In this document: piece after piece, positions 49,148-62,190 of the stretch
Layout of the letters: every line of letters begins with the position of its first letter
Position numbering within the stretch: position 1 is the stretch's first letter
NCBI RefSeq assembly: GCF_030684315.1
Contig: NC_081385.1
Location: 24,457,247 to 24,521,246 of the forward strand
Direction: 5' to 3'
Source of the DNA: Stegostoma tigrinum
Lineage: Eukaryota
DNA length: 64,000 nt
Program-made: the position numbers and the translations under genes
The notes under the pieces: model-generated
Seen by the model: only the letters and a program-made list of their open reading frames with translations
Told to the model about the DNA's origin: nothing
Databases searched by the model: none

Positions 49148-51659
49148 TGAATTGAGAATTATCTTCACCAGAAATCTGCAAATCTGGGTGTTGAAATTTT
49201 CAAGACTATAATGTATGAGACATGGTGCAATAGCAGCAAATGTATTGACATTTCAATCAGTTATTTGAGATTCTGACCCACTCACTGTCAAGCACAGAAT
49301 ACAATCCCTCATATACTTTGTGATTAGGAATTATCATCACTGTGTGATTATAAATCGCTACATGAAATGCCATACAGGATGCAACAATACAGGATGTAGC
49401 CCTTCCTTTCATGCAGAAATTAGATGAAATCAGAGCACCCTGTGACAATTTTAAAGCACAGACCATCATTCTAAAAGGTTGATCAAATTCACAGTAATAT
49501 TAGCCATTATAGTGCCACTAACTCCCCAAGAAATGTACAATAAGGAAATGTACAAAACATTTTAATTCTTTCAATCATATCGTGCGACACAGGTACAGCA
49601 ACACAAGAAATCAAATGAACAGTGCACAATAGGATATTGCACCCTATTTGAAAATGATTCAGGAGCTGTCAATTTTATTGTATCTCAAATCAAGTTTTTA
49701 AAGTCTACAGTTGCTGGAACAATGATTCCTAAGTTATCTAATTTCCATATTGTCTCCCATAATTCTCAGTCACTTCTGACGAGTAGAAGAAAAGAAGCAC
49801 TGCTATAATTTGGAGAAAAACATCAAATATACAATCGTAGCATATTAATGGTACATGAAAAGCTTTAGAAAATTGAAATGATTTGCACTGCAGCACAGAA
49901 GTTTGACAGCAAACATCATTCAAGATTAAATAATGAATAAACAAAAGCAAACAAGACAGGAGTGTATAATAATGTTATTCAACTTGGACTGTCAGCAAAG
50001 AAGTAAATTGTACCAATACAGGTTCTCAGATGTTGTGGGCATTTCCAACTTCAATTTCTCAGGGTAATCTGTTGAGCATTTACTTGGAAAATGGGACGGA
50101 GAGTCATAACTATAAATATCAGTGGTCAAATGTTTTAATGGCTGGTTTTTAAAAGCTGATGGTGCAGACATTAAATATCATGTTTGGTAAACCACAAGTG
50201 CATACTGTGGGATCTAAATCAGCTTTTCTCACTCTTTTCAGGACATAGGTATCACTATAAAGGCCAGCATTTATTATCCTTCACTGCTTGCTGTAAGACA
50301 AAACTGAATTGTTGAATCACATTTAGGCCAGAATAAAGTCTGAATTGGGGATGTTTGCACAATATTCAGCACCACTCGTGACCCCTCAGGTATGTCACGG
50401 CCCAAGTCAGGAGTGTGATGGAATACTCCCTGCTTGTCCGGGTGGATGCAGCTCCAACAACACTCAACAAACACAATCAAGGACAAAGCAGCCTGCTTGA
50501 TTGGCAACACACTCATAAACATCTATTCCTACCACCACTGACACTCAATAGCAACAACAAGAACTATCCACAAGATGCACTGCAGAAGTTCAGCAAAGAT
50601 CCTTAGACAGCACCTTCTAAACCCATGACCACTCCCAACTAGAAGGACAAGGGCAGCAGATATATGAGAACAGCACGATGTATAAGTTCCCTTCCAAGCC
50701 ACTCACCATCCTAACTTCGAAATATATCGCTGTTCCTTCACTGTCATTGGGTCAAAATCTTGGAACTCCCTCCCTGAGGGGCATTGTGTGTCAATCTACA
50801 GCACGTGGACTGCAGCAGTTCAAGAAGGCAGCTCACCATCACCTTCTCAAGGGCAAATTACAGCTTTTTCCCCTTTGAGATTCTCCTGAAATCTCAATGA
50901 ATAAATGATGGTGAAACTAAACCCTGCAAAAATTAAAGTGATCGTACTTTAAATAAAGTAGGAAATATTTGGAATTGATCTCGGTCTATACAGAATTAGT
51001 TATAAACACAGTCATTCAACCTTTTGAACCGCCTGACCGTTCAATTAAATCACAACTGATCTTCTACCTCAAAGCAATTTTCCCACTCCATCTCCGCATT
51101 CCTTAATATCTTTAGTCCACAGAATCCTATTGATACTGTCTTCAATATACTCAATGATTAAGCTTCCAAAGTTCCTCAGGTTAGAGAACTCCAAAGTTTT
51201 ACGATGCACTAAACCAAAAAAAAATCCTCCTCATTTCCATCTTAAGTGGCCTACGGTTTATTCTGAGGGTCCATTCCCTGATACTAGTTACCAGCCGAGG
51301 GAAAAATCTCTTCAATGCCCAACCTGTCATGCCATGTAAGGATGTTACACGTTCAAATGAGCTCTTCTATCTTTCTTTAAAGCTCCTGAGGACATAGACC
51401 CATTTTTCATAGTTTCACCTCCTAGATAATCCTGAATCACATGGATTAATCCTGGTTTTTATGCAACACTTAGTGACAGTATTTGATGTCATAAATGAAA
51501 AGGTGGATCTGGTCCACTGAGAGTGCCGCTACTTGGAATTTGTCAAATCTGTAGCCATTTAATTGAATCTTAGCTTGAATCAAGCCCCCTTATGAGCCAA
51601 TGTCTCCTGAAATATAAACCTTCAAACTATAATGCAAATATATTTTAAATGAAACCTAC

Positions 51660-51956
51660 CAGGTTGAACTAAAAGATCAATGTTGTTTTCAAATGACTTG
51701 TCTTTAGTGAATGCGCAGCACGTGTATCTTCCACTGTGTGAAAAATTTAACTTTGGGATTGTTAAAATCATTTCTCTATTTTCTATACGATGAGTAAAGC
51801 CCTTGCATTCCACGCTATTAAGCTTTATATAGCAAATAAAATCTTCCTCAAGTTTCCAGTACACAATAACATCCTTTTCTTCACTGCTGAATGGGTAGAC
51901 ACACTTCAGCACTCCTGGACTGCCAAATGTAGCATTCTGTTGTATAGGGTGAATAC
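51660..51956 (-). CDS. IgSF gene B, V-set domain exon (B7/CD28-superfamily-like, no J motif)
   Basis: NATFGSPGVLKC...VIVYWK...MILTIPKLNFSHSGRYTC...NIDLLV. Acceptor ttttgtttcaaacag|, donor G|gtaggt, 297 nt, phase 1-1. Confidence 0.9.
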
Positions 51957-53497
51957 CTGTTTGAAACAAAAAGGAGCATAAACAATGTGCAATCTCATTT
52001 CATTCAGATTTTCTTATTAAGACATGTCAATAGTCAGCACATCAGAATTTCTTTTGAGTTTATTCCTTGTAGGCTATGTACATTAGGGAATGCATCAGAT
52101 ACATTTTTAAAAAAAATGATGCAGAGGTGCCGGTGATGCACTGGGGTGGACGCTCGTACTTTTGAATGTGATCCCATACAGTGGCGTAGCCAACATATGA
52201 ATATATCCTGTACTTACAAACAACTACTTTATATTGTCCTACATTGTATTTTGACTTGCACACAAATCAACCTGAGAATGGGCTCAGGGATGGAACTCGC
52301 TCGCAAGCCAGGGTTGCTTGTAAAGGGTTACCTATATCTTTAGTCTAAGAATAATAAATGAGCAGATGTATAAGATGCCATACCACAGTGGCTGATCACA
52401 TGGCACTGGGACTCGACCCTACAGGGTACCAAAGATCTCCTCTCTTACCATCCATATAATTATGCGCAAAAAAGCCTGTTAATGATCACTCAGCTGAATA
52501 CAAACCAGATCTTACTATACCAGAGATGCTGTTTAACTTGCCATGTACTTCACCACTCTCTACTGTTATTGGTAAAAAAAAAGCTAATTCTACACAAATG
52601 AAATTGATCTACATGATTATTTTAGTAATATTGGCCTAACTGGTTAGCGCTGATATAAGTGCTATGTTCTTTTAAAGTGATGTCACAAATGTGATAGCTC
52701 AGTACAAACCATGAAGCTTTATTCAGTCCAACTTCTCTGCTGTTGTTCCACTGTATCTACAACCGGTTCAGAAATGATTTGACAAGCTAAACGTTACTCA
52801 GAAAGAGCTTGCTATTTTACAATAGGAATTGCATTCTTTGGGTAACTCAGGTTAAATCATTGCTCCATTCGAAGGCAATTACTGTAGCTGATTAAGCAAA
52901 ATCAGCAGCGAGTATGCAAATAAAATATCACAAATAGGAAATTATGTAAAAGGCTAAGTGATCCTATTTGGTTGTGCTAGTTAAGGGATGACTAGTTAAA
53001 GGCTAGTCCTTTTGACAAAACAACACCCTTTCAGGTCTGAATTGACATGTCACCCTAGATAGTGTACTCAAGTACATGAGTGGTAACACTCCAGCTGGGA
53101 AAGGGGCTGGCACAAAGGAATTCACAGCCACTGGCAATGCCATCCTTGCCCTGCTTTGCTGTTAACTTACAAAGTGCTAGTGTGACCACCCGTGCCAATT
53201 TGACTCCAAACTGTGTTTGTGACAAGTTCGATTTTTCCATTGGTTCCTTATGTCCATCAAACGTTAAGCTGAAATTGTTGCACAGGTGAAGATTTAGCAA
53301 GAATTCAGACCTTGAACATTTTTTTTTCAAAACATGGTAATAAACATTAAGTATGCATGCTAGAAGGCAGGAAAATAGCTCCCATCTGGAAGCTCAAGTA
53401 ACTCTGCACTGAGTTCTGCAAAAAGAATTTTTTTAGCATGACAAATTAAAGCACTACTTATGGACTCATCATGTTACGTCATCAACCCAATACTTAC

Positions 53498-53567
53498 TCT
53501 CAGTATTTCCTTTCAGCCCGATTGTTGAAAAAATCACAATGCGGATGACAGCAGCAATTGTAAACAT
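53498..53567 (-). CDS. IgSF gene B, signal-peptide exon MFTIAAVIRIVIFSTIGLKGNTE
   Basis: gacATG start, hydrophobic core, phase-1 donor A|gtaagt in frame with the V exon. An upstream acceptor cttgctttacag| at 53591 implies spliced 5' UTR. Confidence 0.8.
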
Positions 53568-54542
53568 GTCTGCAGATTCAGTGGTAAAAACTGTAAAGCA
53601 AGAGCACATTTCAATGGTAAACAAAGGCATTAAAACATTCATATCCTATTTCATTGTAACTGTGATGAAGGAGCAGTACTCACTGTCCATCTCAAGTTAT
53701 TTTCTAAGAGTAAGTTAGCTCCAATCTCTGTTTCATTGAACACTGTGACTGTTAATAGGAGATCTGTGCAGCCTGGGAGTTGGAATTGCAAGGCTCTTCA
53801 GTTAATCAGGTTGAAGAGTGCTCACCGTGACAGGTAAGGCGAGATTGTAGTCCCTTCTTAAACTGGGAATAGAGACAGGCCAGAGCCACAAACAGTTACA
53901 ACAAATGGCGTGCCGTGTCTGGCTCCATCCCACCTCAGCACACAGGCTCATTGTCCCTGCTCCAATTTTCCACAAATAGTGCAAAAGACTAAGTGATCTA
54001 CTGTGGTACCACTGGTTGAAAGATGGGGCATTGATGCCAGACTCTCTGACAAGGAAGCACTCTTTCATTGATGCATCACCCTAGATTGTGCCCTCAAATA
54101 ACACTCCAGGGGGTGACATAAAGATGTTTACAGCAATTGGCAATGCTGTCTTCACCTTGCTTTGCTGTAACTTTCTCACAGGATATTTTCCAGTGCCTAT
54201 CTTTATCAAGCCAATAAATTTCATTTAGTCCTTTATGTACCATTTCTAACTTTCTCTGGCTCTGGAAATTACCCAACTTCATATCTTTCCAAGTCTTTCA
54301 ATGGAAAGTCAATTGGAGTCATTTTATAACAGAACTGCCTATGCAACATCAGAGTAATTCAACTTTTTGCACTTAAGGATTTATGCACGTACTCAAGCTG
54401 TAGACTAATTCAGTCAAGAATTCCACTGAATGTCGACAACTTCATCATTATTATCAATACAGATGCAAGGCCAGCTTCTTACTATTTGTCAAAAGGAATT
54501 CTCTCCATAAAATGTTTTGTAATTTGAGCAACATTTGTTCAC

Positions 54543-54600
54543 CTTTGCAGCAGGTATGTGAATTGAATCACATTTTCACTGGTCTGAACAACAAAAAGAT
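54543..54600 (-). other. Candidate 5' UTR exon of gene B
   Basis: tttcctccttttgtttag| acceptor, AAG|gtgaac donor; contains an ATG-TGA minimal uORF. Confidence 0.4.
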
Positions 54601-55944
54601 CTAAACAAAAGGAGGAAATAATATCAAATTGTTGTGGAATTATATTAAATACCTAAAGCATTTCAAGGATGTCCTAAATACAATACTGCTCCAATTAAAA
54701 GAGGCACAATCTTGGTATTAGCATGAGTGGTATGTATGTGCAAAATATTCCTCATCTCTACACTAACTCAGAATTACTGACAGCCGGAAAAACAAAAGCT
54801 CACATACTCATTTTATGTTACATTTGAAGGCTGTAAAATATGCAGCATGTTTGTTGCAACTCTGTCCAGAATTTGAGAAGTGCATTATTTCTTTTGATCA
54901 TGAAACGCAAATTACACACAGCCAATTCCGAATAAAAGGCAAGGCACAGGGCAGTGCCCATTAAGCTAATGATCCAGAAGCATAAAACTATAAATCATTT
55001 CAGGCAGTTATATTTTTACACACATATTTCCTATAATGCTGCTATCCTCACACAACTATTCTTTGAGAACCTTGTTGTGATTGTGATAAAATTGAACAAT
55101 CAATTTTTGTTTTCTCGCTTTAATAATTGAGACCTTGCATGGAACAAAATTCTTACAAAAAACATCACTGCCATAAGCTGGCTAATTTTCACACAGTGGG
55201 GAGAAGACACCTGTACATTATCCAGCTGGGAAGTAAAAAAGCAATATAGACATGAATTATGATTTGAGGGGACTACTTTGGACAGATTAGATGGAAAGAA
55301 AAAATGGACCTGGAAGATTTGCTCTCTCCCCACTTTTCCTCTCAGCTCTGAAGAGACAACAGTGAAAGCAAATTGGAGAAACATTCATTCACTGAGCATT
55401 CAAAGATACCTACAAATTCTGCTGCTACAGAAAATAATAGTCCACAAATTATGCACTCATGATCTGAATAAAATGTAACACTTCAAGGATACTAAGGATT
55501 TTAAAATTGTATGTTCTTTTATCTTTCTACTGAACCAGGAAGTGAACCCCCTTTAAACATCATACCTATGTTTGTCTGTGCATCCAATATCCTATATTAT
55601 TACATTTCTTAGCTTTAGTATGCAAGAAATACTTGTAACGGATCCATTAATTTTGAATTAAAGAACCACATTTTAATTGAAGTTCTGTATAGTCTTGTGT
55701 TAAAAAAGAAATGCTTATTGTAATATGTCAAAAGCTAAAAATTCACCCTTTTTATCTGGTTACAACACTTAACTGAAAATTGATCACCAAATAACTGGAA
55801 AACAAAATGTACCTGACTCAATTTTTAAGATCAGAATAATCGCTTAAATTGTATAATTAGACGTTACATTTGAGAATTGTGCATTGTTTTAAAATTAATC
55901 CTGACCAACTGGGTCTCATAGTTTACAGAAAACTCATCAGATAA

Positions 55945-57200
55945 AAGAGGCGGCATGGTGGCTCAGTGATTAGCACTGCTGCCTCATAGCACCAGGGGCC
56001 CAGGTTTGATACCACCCTTCGGGGGAATTTCTGTGCGGAGTTTGAACATTCTCCCTGTGTCCATGTGAGCTTCCTGTAAGTGCTCTGGATTCCTCCCACA
56101 GTCTATAGATGATGTGGACGTGTTGGTGTTGGACTAGGATGGACCAGTTCAGAAGTCATGTGATACCAGGTTATAGCCTATTAGGTATATTTGAGATCAC
56201 AAGTTTTCAGTGCCATGCTCTAAAGGGCAGGGGCACACGCAGACACAGAACTTACAGGCAGAGAGATTTAAAAATAATACAAATGGTGCGAGTGGAGTGT
56301 CAGCCGGCTGAATACCACGTCTCTGCAGGTGATCAAAAGTGTCAGATGGTGTGAGTGAAGTGTCACCAGCTGAACAGCAAGTGAAGGGATGACCTATGAT
56401 CCAATTAATTGAGGCAGAGAGATCTTCACAAAAAATTAAAAGAAAGAATGTTCCCTTCCAGTCAGAGAGCATTTCAGCAGTCATGGACATTCTGCCTTCG
56501 ATCTTCCTCCAGGGCAGCCTTTGAGACACAAAACAACACAGAATGGTTGAGTGGAAACAGATAGCCAAGTTCTGTACCCATGAAAATGGTCTCAACTGTG
56601 ATCTTGGGTTTATGTTGTGCTACATATAACACCATTGCACTGTTAACTATCTGTAAAATCTTCCTTACTGTATTGCTTTGACACCATCACCTTGACAACT
56701 TGTTATGATCTCTCAACCTTAATTAGATTGTACAGTTTTGGATTTCTTGTTACTTTGGTTCAACCTTTGGCATATGGCTCTTATAACTATCGTGATATTC
56801 CAGCCATTTGGTTTGTTTCCAACACCATGTTATTTTTAATTTTTTTCATAATTATCTCTTTCCTCAATTAATTGGACCATAGGTCATCCTTTCACTTGCT
56901 GTTCAGTTGTTGACATTCCACTCATACCATCTGTACTATCTTTTGATCTCTCTGCCCACAAATTCTGTGCCTGTGCACTTTCGTTCTCTTCACCTGACGA
57001 AGGAACTGCGCTCCAAAAGCTTGTGATTTCAAATGAACCTGTTGGACTCTAACCTGGTGTTATGTGACTTCTAACACAGTCTAAAGATATGCAGGTTAGC
57101 TGGATTCGCCAAGGGGAATGCAGAGATAGGGGGTAGGTTTGGGTCAGTGTGAAGATTCGATGGATGAAATAGTCTGCTTTCACACTGTAGGAATTCTATA
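55945..57200 (+). mobile_element. V-SINE split by a Penelope-like insertion (about 56108-57073)
   Basis: SINE head 55945-56106 resumes at about 57075 with cacagtcta duplicated. The insert has inverted arms and a GIY-YIG C-terminal remnant (IAKFCTHENGLNCDLGFM). Confidence 0.8.
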
Positions 57201-59639
57201 ATTTCTCTGAAAAGTGAGGATTACTAGATTCAGTTTATTGATTTTATCCTTCCCATCTAGTTCTTATTAACTATAACCTTCTTCCACCCTCTCCACCTCC
57301 TTTCTGACCAATTCAATCTCCCTCCAATTGCCAATATTCCCTCCTGTGTTCAATGGTGCTCCTTCACCACCACTGCAGCCTTTCCTTCTTTCTCCAAGCC
57401 ACTGGCAGTGCAAGGTTGACAGTGCAATTCGAGTTGGCAGGCTGAGCACCTCATCCCAATGATATGGCTACCCACAAGCATGTAACACAAAAGCAACATC
57501 CCTGAACCATTCTGTGAGCCCACTTCACACTTTGCCTGGAGACAAGACTGATCTGAATTTGCTGCCATCTTCACATTATTAAGTTGTTTGGGAAGTGAGG
57601 GATCCAAACATCCATTTAAAAACAATATCAAACTGTTCGGAGGTCTTACAACATACCTCTGTAGCAGATGAGACAAGAACTTGGCCACCTGGGTTAGAGG
57701 TAATTTTTCAATCATTGAGTCACCAAGAGCCATGACTCTAGCACATTTAAAATCTATTTTTAAATTGCTTTGTCTGGTTCAACAGCCACCTGTGGCAAGA
57801 TTTTCATGAATATCAAATAGCAAAAAGCAAAACCATACAAAGCTGGAATGTACACTGGCCAGCTGCTACTTTAATAATAAAAAAGTAAACAAAAGGTATG
57901 TTGATAATGGATAACAATTAATATGTGAGTCAAACCAAGCAGAGCAACTTTACAGACAAATAATTATGACCTGAGGCAGTAATTTTAGACAAATTACAAG
58001 AATCTCTTTCAGTTAGTACAGGAAGACAAAGAGTTGGCATTAGTGGGGATAATTAAAACAGCTCAGGAAAAGACTGGGTTGTTCAGAAAATCATGGTCAT
58101 AAAGTCATGCTCTGTGAAGGAAATAACGTTAAAGTTGAACCCATGAGGCAAAACAAAGTTAGAGAGTCTGGAACTGGATCCTTATTCTGTTTAGCAGGAA
58201 AGAATGGAACAATTTTTGGTCCACAAGAATGAAACAAACTTAATAGTTGATCATTTAAAAGTTACACAACTTGTAGTGCAGCATTCACATCAAACTAAGA
58301 ATCACTTTGTAACTTAAAAAAAATTCATTAAAAAAAACAAAAACATAAATTGCTGGAAAAGCCTGGCAGGTCTGGCAGCAGAGAAATCAGTTAGCATTTC
58401 AAGTCCAGTCAATATTTTTCTATCTACCATCAGTTCTGAGGAAGGGTGGCCAGGCCCGACATGCTGACTCCGATTTCTCCTCACAGATGCTTCCAGGCCT
58501 GCTCTTCCTGCAATTTCTGTTTTTGTTTCTAACTTATAGCACCTGCAGTTTTTTCTGTTTCTATTCATTAAAAAAAAGGCAAAAAGCAACACTCCTCATA
58601 TCTTGAAGGCTGTAAATAGAGTTTTAAAAAATACTTAAAACAAACAGAGCTTATGCAATGGCAGTTACGTGAGAGATAGGTAATCTAAACTGTGTCATCC
58701 AATTTATACACAAGCCATATTGGTCTGATTGTTCTTTTAATCTTTTGTCAACAAAGCAAATGACTTGCCACCATTTAGGTTACAAATCAGCAGACGTTCA
58801 GGAAACTGTTTACTCACAGGAATATCTTAGGCTGGATTTTACGTCAGGAATAAATTGGTAGGCAACAAGAAAATAGTCAGAATGTTGTCAGTCCTTTGTA
58901 ATGGATGAAATTGATCAATAATGCGATGCAGCTCATGATCGATATTCTGTTTCGTATCCAACGTCTCCTGAATGGACTCTGGTTGAGGTCAATAAAATCT
59001 ACAGAAAAAAAATTGGACAAGTTGTTAATTCATACTACTCTTTAATCTAATGTAATTCTTCTTTGGTACAAGAATCTTTTGGAGTCTCCAAAGTTGGACC
59101 CTCCTGATGCCTCAAATGCTTGTAAATATAGTCTAGTTCAATTAAGAGATGTCTTTTCTTTCCAGCTATCATCATACAGTTACATTGACTCCGGCCTCAA
59201 ATTACATAACCTGCAATGTAACCTGTATGCTTCAATGTTTTTTTGATCTATACATACTTTGTTGCTGTGATTTGCCTGTACTGCTCGTAAACAAAGCTTT
59301 TCACTGCATTTTGGTACATGTGACAATCAAACAATCAATTTAGTTTGCTTGGAGACAGTCAAACTCCAATGTTTATTTGTTTCCTTGATATACCACTGTA
59401 CAGGGCCAAGCCGTTTTTGTGGCTGTAAGATTCTTTTAAGGAATAAAGCATATCTTTTGAAAGTCAAAAAAAAATCCAAATAAAATAGCCTGGACTTTTA
59501 CCAATTTATCTGATTTGCAAGGTCAACCTAAAACCTGTATAATGTTCTGCCTATTTGCTAATGCACCCAAGTATTCCCTCCACAAGTTATTTAATTACTC
59601 TTGCACTGAATGCACATAACTGGATTTCTTTTTCAACTA

Positions 59640-62190
59640 TTTTGCTTTGGACCTGATATAGAGAGACATTCTGTCACTTGATGGATTCAAGGTTGATATG
59701 GTGGAAGCAGTAGATAGATTGTCAGTACTTAAAATTGATAAGGTGCCAGAACTGGGTAAGATGCACCCGAAGAGGTAGATGTTCAAAGGAATTTGTGGTT
59801 GTACAAAGGGCCCTGAGTGTCCTACACCAGTCAACAAAAGTAGACGGGCAGATGAAGTAATAATTAAGAAAGTAAATGGTATATATGCAAGAGGATTTGA
59901 GTATAGAAGTAGAGATATCTCACTGCAGTTACACAGGATTTGTTGATATTACAACTGGAGCATTGCAAGCCATTCTGGCCCTTCTACCCTAAAAAAAGGG
60001 TATACTTTCCATAGAAGGTGTGCAGCAGAGGTTCGCTAGACTAATTCCAAGGATGGACGTAAGGAGAGATTGACTGGGCCAAATTCACCAGAGTTTAGAA
60101 GGATGAGGGGAGATCTGATTGGAATGTATAAGATTCTAACAGGGCTAGATAGACTTAATGCAGGGAGGTTGTTTTCCTTCATTGGTGAATCTACAACCAG
60201 GAGGTACTGTTTGAGGATTCAGGGCAGACCATTTATGACTGAACTCAGGAAAAATTTCTTCACTCAAAGGATAGTGAACAATGTGGAGAAGACTATCGCA
60301 GAAGGCTGTGGAGATCAAGTCACCAAATTTGCTCAAGGGAGGGAGAGATAATTGTTTAGGTTTTAAAAGCATCAAGGGGCACGGGGTAAAAATAGGAATA
60401 CAAAATTAAGGTTAAGGATCAACCATAAACAGAGTGAATGGTGAAGCAGGCTCAAGGAGCCAAATGGTCTCCTGTGGGTTTTTATGATTACAACATAGAA
60501 GGAAGCAAAAGTAAAAATTGCAGGGGTACTTGTCATAACTTTTCATTCTTCCTACAGACTCAGGGGAGGTGTCTGGAGAATTAAAAATCTTATACCATTG
60601 CTCAAAAGTTTGTATGAATGAGAATAGCAACTTTAGATCTGTCAGTTTAACTTCAGTGCAGCATCTAGTAACAATTATTTTGTATAGAATTAATAGTCAT
60701 GTAGGAAATGTCAGATGTAGAAAGGTTAATGTGGTGCACATGGAGTTTCAAAGGGGGTTGACAGAGTGGCACATTAAGACTTGTGAGAAAAGGTCATGGA
60801 TAAAAAACAAGACGGTAGCAACTTGGATACAAAATTAGCTAAGTAATAGGAAACAGATTTGTTTTGGGCTCGGAGTAGGACTTGTATTGGAGGTCGGCAG
60901 GAGTCGGTTTTGTGACCCTTGCATTCTTTGCCATTTATCAATTATTTAGATCTTGGTGTGCAGGGGGCATTCCTTAATGGGTTATAGGAGCAGGAAAACC
61001 TGCGGGTATACGTGCATAGATCACGCAAAGTGACAGGACAGTTGGAGAGAGCAATTAATAAAACACACAGTACTCTCAGCATTACTGCAAAGGTTATCCT
61101 GAACTGATCGAGATTTTTTTGGGGCTCAGCAAAAGTATCATTGGCAGTTTTGATGATACCACGTAGGAAAGAGATGAACACGTTGGAAAAAGTGGGGAAG
61201 GGATTTACAAGAATGGCTCCAGGATGAAGATAGTTCAGACAGGCTTGGCTGATTCTTCACAGAGAAATGACGACTAAGGGGAGATCAGTTCAAAGTCTTC
61301 AATAAGAGATCAGCATGCAGTCGTTAGTAAGAAACTACACCCACCCATAAAAGAATTGCAAGTGCACACACAAACAAACAAATTAGGAACAGGAGTAGGC
61401 TATTCAGAATGGCACTGCGATTCAATAAGATCATAGTTGATCTGATTGTAGCCTTAAATCTGCATTCCCACCCACCTCTGAAAAATTTGCACCTCCTTGT
61501 TTAACAAGAATCCAACAAGAAACAAGTTGCTAAACCCTCTATGAGAGTAAACTTTACGGTATCTGTTTAATATGGGTGACCCCTGATGTTTAAAGAGTGG
61601 TCCTGAGTTCTAGCTTCCACTGTTAGAGGAAACATCCTCTTCACATCTATCCTCTTCAAGGTCTTATATGTTTCAAACAAATCACGCTTGTTTCAAGTCC
61701 AGCAGATACAAGCCTACCCTGTCTAATCTAACTTTGCAAAATGACCATGTCATTCCAGTTATCAGTCTGATAACAATTATCTGAACTACTTCCAATGCAT
61801 TCACATCCTTCCTTTGTTAATGTGGTCAACTCTCTGTACAATAGTCCAGACGTGATATCACCGGTGTACAGTAAAACTGAAGCATAACACTCCCTCTGCC
61901 ATTGTACTCAATTTCCTTCGTGATAAGTAGTCCAAGATTTAGAGTGAAGATAACAACATGATTTCAGAAAAAGTCTTTTTCACTTAAGTTGTTGGATCTG
62001 GAGCCCGTTGGTGTGAAGTGTAGTGGAGGCAAGTTTAATTGAGGCATTCAAGATGGCATTGTTTAATAATTTAAATTGAAATGATGTGCAAGGGCAAGGG
62101 GAGAATGGCAGGAAAATGGCACTAAGATACAAAGCTCATTTGGACAGCTGGTGTAGACATGATGGGCTGACTAGCCTCCTTCTTCAGCAT
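59640..62190. mobile_element. Cluster of decayed CR1 fragments (59640-61320 +, 61380-61925 -, about 61930-62190 +)
   Basis: EFRRMRGDLIGMYKILTGLDR...KNFFTQRIV; NFRSVSLTS; VATWIQN; CR1 3' UTR motifs. Confidence 0.8.

Noticed and set aside
49257-49470. Minus-strand ORF with splice sites and GLYSVL
   Set aside because: Phases (2 to 1) and position between V and TM do not fit gene B; not a strict ITIM.
55534-55544. ETS-like sites (accaggaagtg here; gaggaag at 9087-9093) as leukocyte promoter elements
   Set aside because: Short motifs are expected by chance and no TSS evidence is available.
3746-57200. tRNA genes suggested by A/B-box sequences
   Set aside because: All are heads of tRNA-derived SINEs; no complete cloverleaf.
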